Below the pieces are notes generated by a model. That model made no database searches. It worked only from the letters and a program-made list of their open reading frames with translations, and was not told where the DNA came from. Positions 57,540-64,000 of a DNA stretch of 64,000 nt are shown one piece after another (within the stretch, counting starts at the first letter, position 1; the number at the start of each line of letters is the position of its first letter). The translations under genes were made by a program, and so were the position numbers. The DNA comes from Lama glama (taxonomy: Eukaryota). The stretch lies in contig CM052849.1 of NCBI GenBank assembly GCA_028534125.1, positions 1,178,001-1,242,000 on the forward strand, read 5' to 3'.

Positions 57540-58250
57540 AGATTAGGATAAAAACAAACCAAAAGTGGATCCAAAAGGCACCTAGATATAATGCAAGAAA
57601 CAGAAGAAACTGCCCCAAAATTGCAATTTCCTTAGCAATCACAGCCATGAAAAGAGAATAAAATGCAACAATGAAGGAAGAAAGAAAATTAAAAATAACT
57701 ACTGAGATGCTTTAAAAATTGGTAAGCATTTGCTCACAATACGCCCAGCCCAACATACAGACAAACAGTCTCAAAGTGGAGAGACCACACCAGAAGCTTC
57801 CAGGGAGGAAGGTTACGTACTAAGGGGGCTGGAGGTCTTGTTTTGTGAGAAGGTAGGAGCCAGTGGAGCAACCCCTTTAATATTCAGCAGGAAAGTGAAA
57901 TCCAACTGACAATTCTATACCCAGCCCAACTATCAACTACGTGACACCTAAAAGCATTTTCAACATTTTACATCTCAAAAAAGCTACCTTCTGTGTGTTC
58001 TTTTCTCAGCATGGTACCGCAGGAAATATGCCACTGAAGCATGTCAGTGAAGAAAAGAGGCAGCAAGGCAGGACTCCAGCCCAACCTGTGCAGAACAGCA
58101 GGCTCAGGAATAGATATGCCAGAGAAAAAAATGACAGGACAGATAAGCTCTGTGAAAAACTGTGCTGGGAGGCATTTCAGTCAGAGAGCAAGGAAAGACA
58201 GACTCGAATCAAACTGAGCACCTGAAAAAAAGGATCATTATTAAACCTGG
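57540..58250 (+). mobile_element. Old LINE-1 fragment
   Basis: A-rich, with L1-like atattcagcaggaaagtgaaatccaac...attctatacccagcc. Confidence 0.5.
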
Positions 58251-58289
58251 AGGAACCTCAGGAGTGGTGAACAAATTGAGATAACTAAG

Positions 58290-58472
58290 CTGTGCTGGCC
58301 GACCACACTGCACCACTTCTTGTAAACGAAATTGGATGGAACACGGCCACACCCGTCTGCTCACACTGCTGCTTAGGCTCTGGGACCACAGAGGTGAGTC
58401 ACCAGATAGTACGGCCCACCAAGCCTAACATTTACAATCTGGCTACTTCTCAGAAAGTTTGCCAACCCCCAG
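58290..58472. mobile_element. MER58A-like hAT-Charlie element
   Basis: ggaacacggccacaccc...ggcccaccaagcctaacatttac...agaaagtttgccaacccc. Confidence 0.7.
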
Positions 58473-59345
58473 GTTACACTACACATCTGATTACTATTCG
58501 CGGCATAGGGAAGTGGAAGAGGGCATAAACCAAGTAAAATTTTCACCTATCCTAAGTCCAGACTCTGGGGTTACCTGCATAATGTGGGCTGGACTTGGAA
58601 GTACAAGAAACAATTTTTTGTTTTAAGCCTTTAAAGAAACATTTGATTATTTAAACTGCATTTAGGTAGTGCTCTGGTAAAAGCAAAAAAAAAAAAAAAA
58701 AGAACTTAAAATACTGAACAGAACTTACCAAGATTTAGAGAAGTGATGGCCACATCTCTTGGCCTTGCAGCTACTCAGACACCCACGTCTATGGAGTCGG
58801 GGATCTAAGATGGCCACCACCCTCCCAGCCCCACCCCTGCTCCTCCTCCCGGGTCTTCACTCAGCCTACGATTTCCACCCTGGTGGCCAGGAGGGACAGT
58901 CCTCCACTCTACTGTCCCCATTCCTTCAGACTAAGATGATTCCCTCTTCCTCAACACCCCCCAGCAACCCCAAGGCCAAGCAACAGGAAGGAGCAATGGA
59001 CTGGAAAGAGCCCTCCCCTGTCCCAGCTGGACTCTGGCGTCTTCACCTAGGCCACCAGGTCCACGCCCCGTCTACACACATGCTGCTTCCCAAACTGCCT
59101 TGGCCAGCTTGGGCCAACACTGCCCAGGAAGACACCGACCCCAGTGCCCTGCTCAGGATGTGCACACGCCACCAAGTGAGGCCCTGGCCCCTCTAAAACC
59201 CACCCTCAGGACCATGGCGGACAGATGCCCACCCCGGCTCCCACCCTCCTAGGTCCTGGAAGTTGACAGAGAAAGGAAAGCAGTTTGTCATTTGTCGAGA
59301 ACAGTCAGAGAACAGAGGCCCCACGCGAAAGTCTTCAATCAAGCT

Positions 59346-59351
59346 TTTAAT
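59346..59351 (-). terminator. HIC2: Probable HIC2 polyadenylation signal ATTAAA
   Basis: AT-rich 3'UTR-like stretch after the gap with TGTA upstream and ATTAAA on the - strand. Confidence 0.6.
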
Positions 59352-59530
59352 GAAAAGATCATAAAATAACAGTTTCTCATCACTGTACATTAAGACTGCA
59401 CGCTTCTGAATGGAGAGATTGGTGACTGCTTTACCATGACACTTGAGGGCTGCATACCTGCAGCTCTGACCTGAATTTATCCAAACTCTCGCGGGAAGTG
59501 AACTCAATGTGATGACTGACAGCGGCGGTG

Positions 59531-60030
59531 NNNNNNNNNNNNNNNNNNNNNNNNNNNNNNNNNNNNNNNNNNNNNNNNNNNNNNNNNNNNNNNNNNNNNN
59601 NNNNNNNNNNNNNNNNNNNNNNNNNNNNNNNNNNNNNNNNNNNNNNNNNNNNNNNNNNNNNNNNNNNNNNNNNNNNNNNNNNNNNNNNNNNNNNNNNNNN
59701 NNNNNNNNNNNNNNNNNNNNNNNNNNNNNNNNNNNNNNNNNNNNNNNNNNNNNNNNNNNNNNNNNNNNNNNNNNNNNNNNNNNNNNNNNNNNNNNNNNNN
59801 NNNNNNNNNNNNNNNNNNNNNNNNNNNNNNNNNNNNNNNNNNNNNNNNNNNNNNNNNNNNNNNNNNNNNNNNNNNNNNNNNNNNNNNNNNNNNNNNNNNN
59901 NNNNNNNNNNNNNNNNNNNNNNNNNNNNNNNNNNNNNNNNNNNNNNNNNNNNNNNNNNNNNNNNNNNNNNNNNNNNNNNNNNNNNNNNNNNNNNNNNNNN
60001 NNNNNNNNNNNNNNNNNNNNNNNNNNNNNN
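59531..60030. other. Assembly gap (500 N)
   Basis: Run of N. Confidence 1.
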
Positions 60031-60202
60031 AGCAGCCAGGACGTTCTTGTGGGCCCGGAAGATGGAGTTCTCCACCATGATGATGACGTCACACAGGAAG
60101 CCCTTCGTCCTCTGCTGGTTTAGCTGCAGCAGGAGCTGCTTTGAGTGGCTGGGCAGCTCCATGTCGGGCCCCATGTCCCCACGCCCCGCCCACACGCACC
60201 AC
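60031..60202 (-). CDS. HIC2: HIC2 main coding exon, start of BTB/POZ domain (remainder in N gap)
   Basis: WCVWAGRGDMGPDMELPSHSKQLLLQLNQQRTKGFLCDVIIMVENSIFRAHKNVLAA. Confidence 0.95.
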
Positions 60203-61409
60203 CTGTGGGCAGGAACAGGCACACATGCATTAGATGGGGACCCTCTGCGCCAACCTGGCCCTGGCCACCTCCTGGGGCCAAGCACCTGAGCAGGGAACTC
60301 ACACCACCCACGCCGCCCAGAAGGGGGGCAGCATCACCCTTCTACAGGACATAAGAATGCAAGCAGGGGACAGTGAACGTCCTTGGTGCCAGGCAAACGG
60401 GGATTTGAACTTGGCTTCACAGCCCAAGGTGTTACCTCGTGACTCTGCAGCCTGCCCCCACCCGTGCCCCCATCCCACGAGGCCTCGACTCCCCAGGCAC
60501 TGAGCACTTTCCTAGCCAAACTCTAGCACTGCGGGGCCCAGGGCCTTCCTGAGGGCAGTGCTGTCTGGGCCTGGGAAACTTGCCAGACTGGCAAAGATGC
60601 TAACTGATGTCACTGAGTAATAACCCTGTGGGTGGCTGCGTGGCAGTGGGCACGAGGTCTCTGGGAGCAGGTGCCCTCCCACAGGCAATGCTGTGAAGCC
60701 AATAAGCAACCTCATGTCCTTCCACTCAGGACCCGAGCTCTGAAAGGAAATGACAGCTCGGAGCCTCCCCAACCTGAGGTCCCAACTCTCTGGGGCAGAG
60801 CCTTGGAGGAGATGCGCCCCCCACACACACACCTTCCTGTGACACAAAGGCTGCCCCTGGCCTTGTTTGCAGAGACAGAGGCAAACTCTCACAAGCACAG
60901 GCACTACAAGGAAGGCTTCGAGCACACTGTGAAGCCATGTGGGCCAGCACTCAGGGCCTGGCATCAGGAGGCAGCAAGTGCCAGCTGCCCTGTGAAGTTG
61001 CTCAGCGGGGGCTCAGAAGCTGAAGCCCAGGTCCCAAGGGAACCAGCCCTCCGCCAGTCCCTTCCCCCTAGCCAGGCAGGGACAAAGGCAGGAATACCCA
61101 GCCCCAGGGAACTGCAGTGTCAGCTTGATCAGCACCCAGGATGGCTGGTGCTCCCAGCCTGGCACCGGGACAGGCAGAGGGCAGGAGGTCCCATCATCTG
61201 GGAGCCTGTGAGCCCACAGCAGCCCCTCCTCCCCAAGCCCCGGCCCCCTCCAGGCTGCCCAGCACTGCCCGTACACAAAGGACTGCAAGCCAGGACGCAA
61301 GCCCAGAGCAGCAGGCGGCCCAGAGAGTCCCCAGAAGAAGGGGCAGCCGCCATCCCTCCGCCGTCTCCCCCACACCTCCCCACCCTGCCAGCTCCCCACC
61401 AGGGCCTAC

Positions 61410-61435
61410 CGGAGTGCCAGGGGCCCAGAAACCAT
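61410..61435 (-). CDS. HIC2: HIC2 first coding exon (whole exon about 61410-61507)
   Basis: ATG GTT TCT GGG CCC CTG GCA CTC CG|gtagg = MVSGPLAL(R); acceptor ctcctccag at 61508. Confidence 0.9.
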
Positions 61436-64000
61436 GTGAGCAGCAGCCAGCGGGGGTGGCCTCCTTGAGTGCGCGGCCTCCCTGGGGGTGCATCAATGCC
61501 TGGTCACCTGGAGGAGAGAAGATGGACACGGTTACACAGACAGGCAGCAGTCGGGGGGCAGAAGGCAGGAGGGGCAGCAAGGGAGAGGGTACCTAGGGGG
61601 CCCGGAAGCCCTCATCCCCAGGAAGGTCTGGGGGTCTCCCCGGTTGGAATGCCGGGGACAGCTGGGCAGGAGACAGTGGCCAGCGCCCGCAGGCAGGGTG
61701 ATGGCAGGAGAACACAGGCCTGAAGAGCAGGGTACACCCCCCCAAAAAGACTTAGGATACTCCAAGGGTCACTTAGATCTGGGGGAGCTAGTGGCAGGCA
61801 CTCAATTCCTGGCAGCAGGCGTGGTGGCAGGAGGCCTGGGCAGCCCTTCCCAGGCTGGCTACATTTACATAACAAAAGGTCAAAATTGGAGGCACTGGTG
61901 CAGCGGGCTATTTATAAGAACCAGTCTCAACCGCTTCTGACTCTCCTGCCTCCTTCCCTTCCCTCCCGGCTGCTCAGGCCCCCTCCCTGCCCAGAGGGCC
62001 CAGCCCCCTCCTGTCCTGCCCAGCCTGACCACATGGCTTTTGCAGGCTCGCTCTTTCAATACCAGCCCGCCAAGGCTGCTGGCAGCTGCCGCCAGATGCG
62101 GGTGGGCTCCCCATGCGCCCCAGGCCTTCGGGTCCTGCGGGAGGGGTCCTGCAGCATGGGCTCCAGGCCCCCTACTTGCCCCCAACTCAGGCAGGCCTGG
62201 ACTCCACTGGAAGGAAGCCAGGGGTGGGGGAGGAGACCTGCAGAAGCCTGGAGCCCATCCCTGCCCGCCCTTCCCCCGCCCTCAGGGCCAGGGAGGCTCA
62301 GCAGGTCCCTCAGGAATGCGACCAGACCCGGGGTGCGGGGTGGCCGGGCGGCCTCAGCTCCAGCCTGCCAGCTGTCTCTGGCCCTCGCACAGCTCCCTCT
62401 CACAGGGGTGGCCGGGGGGAGGGGGCACAGTGGGCCCAGAGGGCAGCAGAACAAGCTTTGTGGGTCCAGCACACTGGGAGAGTCCACATGTCACGGCCCC
62501 CCACAACCAGGACAGGCCAGAGACAGCAGGCAGGACAGAGCCAAGCCCAGCCTTGGGATGAGGGACAGAGACCACCCCAGTACTGGTGAGAGCAGACTGG
62601 AAGAGGGGATGGGAGGCCACACCGGATGCCGCACTGGATCCCAGAACAACCCCAGCCCCACTGGCAGTGTCCACCTGCCCAGTGGCCCTGCCTCAGCACA
62701 TGCGAGACCTGTACCTAGGAGTTCCTGGTCCCGGTCAGAGAGATCAGGCAGACCGGCCAGATCAGTCCAGCCTGGGAAGGGCCGGGTGACTGACCAGGTG
62801 TCTCCCCGTAAGCCTGACCCCCCACCCTGGGGGGAGGCTCAGCAGGACAAGGCCCAGCAGGCCTCTCCGCACCATCCGTTGTGGGGGATTGCACAGCACT
62901 GCCTGCTGGGAGAGCACCTCCGTCCGTCCGCAGACCCGCCAACAGCCCCAGGCCTGGCCAAGCGTGGGCCGGGCTGCCACCAGGTCTGTACACAAGGACG
63001 CAACCTCATCACAGGTGAGGGCCAGGGCCCCTTCAGAGGCCTGCTCCTTCCCTCTCAGAGACCTCCGCCTTATCACCGCAGCAAGCGCCCACCACACCTG
63101 GGGAGGGATTAACTAAAAACACAGATGGGGGGCTGGCCCAGCAGACTGGCAGCACAGTGCCCACTGGGCTGATGCCCAGCCCTGGCAGGGCCCACCATGG
63201 GCTGGAATGAGGCTGCTCTCTGGCACGGCTCTGGCCCCCAGCAGCCCCTGGCAGGAGGCCCAGGCAACACACCTAGCAGCCCCCAGTATCCCAAGCCCAG
63301 TGCAGCTCTGCTGCCCGCTGGAGTGTGGCTCCAGGATGCCCAGGGTCAGGGCAACAGGGCGGTCAGCCAGGCACTCTTTGAAGGCCAGGATCTGGCCCTT
63401 CACGGAAGAGTGGGCAGCTGTCCCCACAGGGCTGAATACGAGGTGGGGAGCAGCTCTGCCCTCCTGTGGACACAGAGATCTGGGCCACCTCCCTGGGTCC
63501 GTATTTACACAATGGTCAGCACTCACCTATCCAAAGGGCTGTCACACGGTGAGCTGGGACAGGTCCCCACTGAGTCCCCATTTCTTTTGCTGCCCTCCAA
63601 GCCCCACCTCTGCCCCATGCCCAGGAGGGCCACCGCCCCTCTGCTGCAGTGCTGTTGTGAGGAAAGAAATTCCTTGGGCCACACACCCAATTGCTAAATG
63701 AGGTCTCTGTAAGTTCATTTCTGTAATATTCAAAAAATTTTTAAGTACATTTTACTTTAAATCCTAAAAAAACAAAAAGAGAACTGATACAACAAACATG
63801 GATGAACCTCAAATTCATCACTCCAGGAAGGGACACCTTAGCCAAGGATACAGACCGCATGGTCAGGTTCTGAAACGGGCAGAGCCAATGGGGGGGAGAA
63901 ACAAAGCCAGCTGGCCGGGGAGAGGGGCCGGGGACATCCTGGGGTGAGGGTGGCTCTACATCCCGGTGGGACTCTGGGCTGACATGGACACGTTCACCAG

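Noticed and set aside
59193-60289. Long ORFs spanning the N gap
   Set aside because: Artefacts of translating through N; only the HIC2 BTB part is supported
61886-63112. 408-aa + strand ORF upstream of the HIC2 coding exons
   Set aside because: Non-ATG start, low-complexity composition, no domain; expected by chance at this GC content

Overview
GC-rich mammalian genomic DNA, most likely camelid (five copies of a tRNA-derived SINE resembling Vic-1). It is the orthologue of the human 22q11.21 PI4KA region. The + strand carries the 3' part of PI4KA: 37 coding exons, numbered 19-55 by counting back from the last exon on the 55-exon human model. Exons 20-55 splice into one open frame ending at the stop at 42185, with AATAAA at 42451. 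The complete SERPIND1 gene (heparin cofactor II, 491 aa) is nested antisense inside PI4KA intron 19. After an L1-rich spacer, a compact 10-exon TMEM191C-like gene (302 aa, - strand) lies within a CpG island, followed by HIC2 (- strand), most of whose coding exon falls in an undersized 500-N gap. I found no convincing novel biological system; all four genes are known. The points most worth checking are a GC-AG terminal intron in PI4KA, loss of the start codon of the short PI4KA isoform, an AT-to-GC substitution bias affecting proteins and processing signals, an overlapping uORF in HIC2, and candidate liver, CTCF and MEF2 regulatory modules. Comparisons with human sequences are from memory and need alignment. 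Most ORFs in the supplied track are GC-rich noise.
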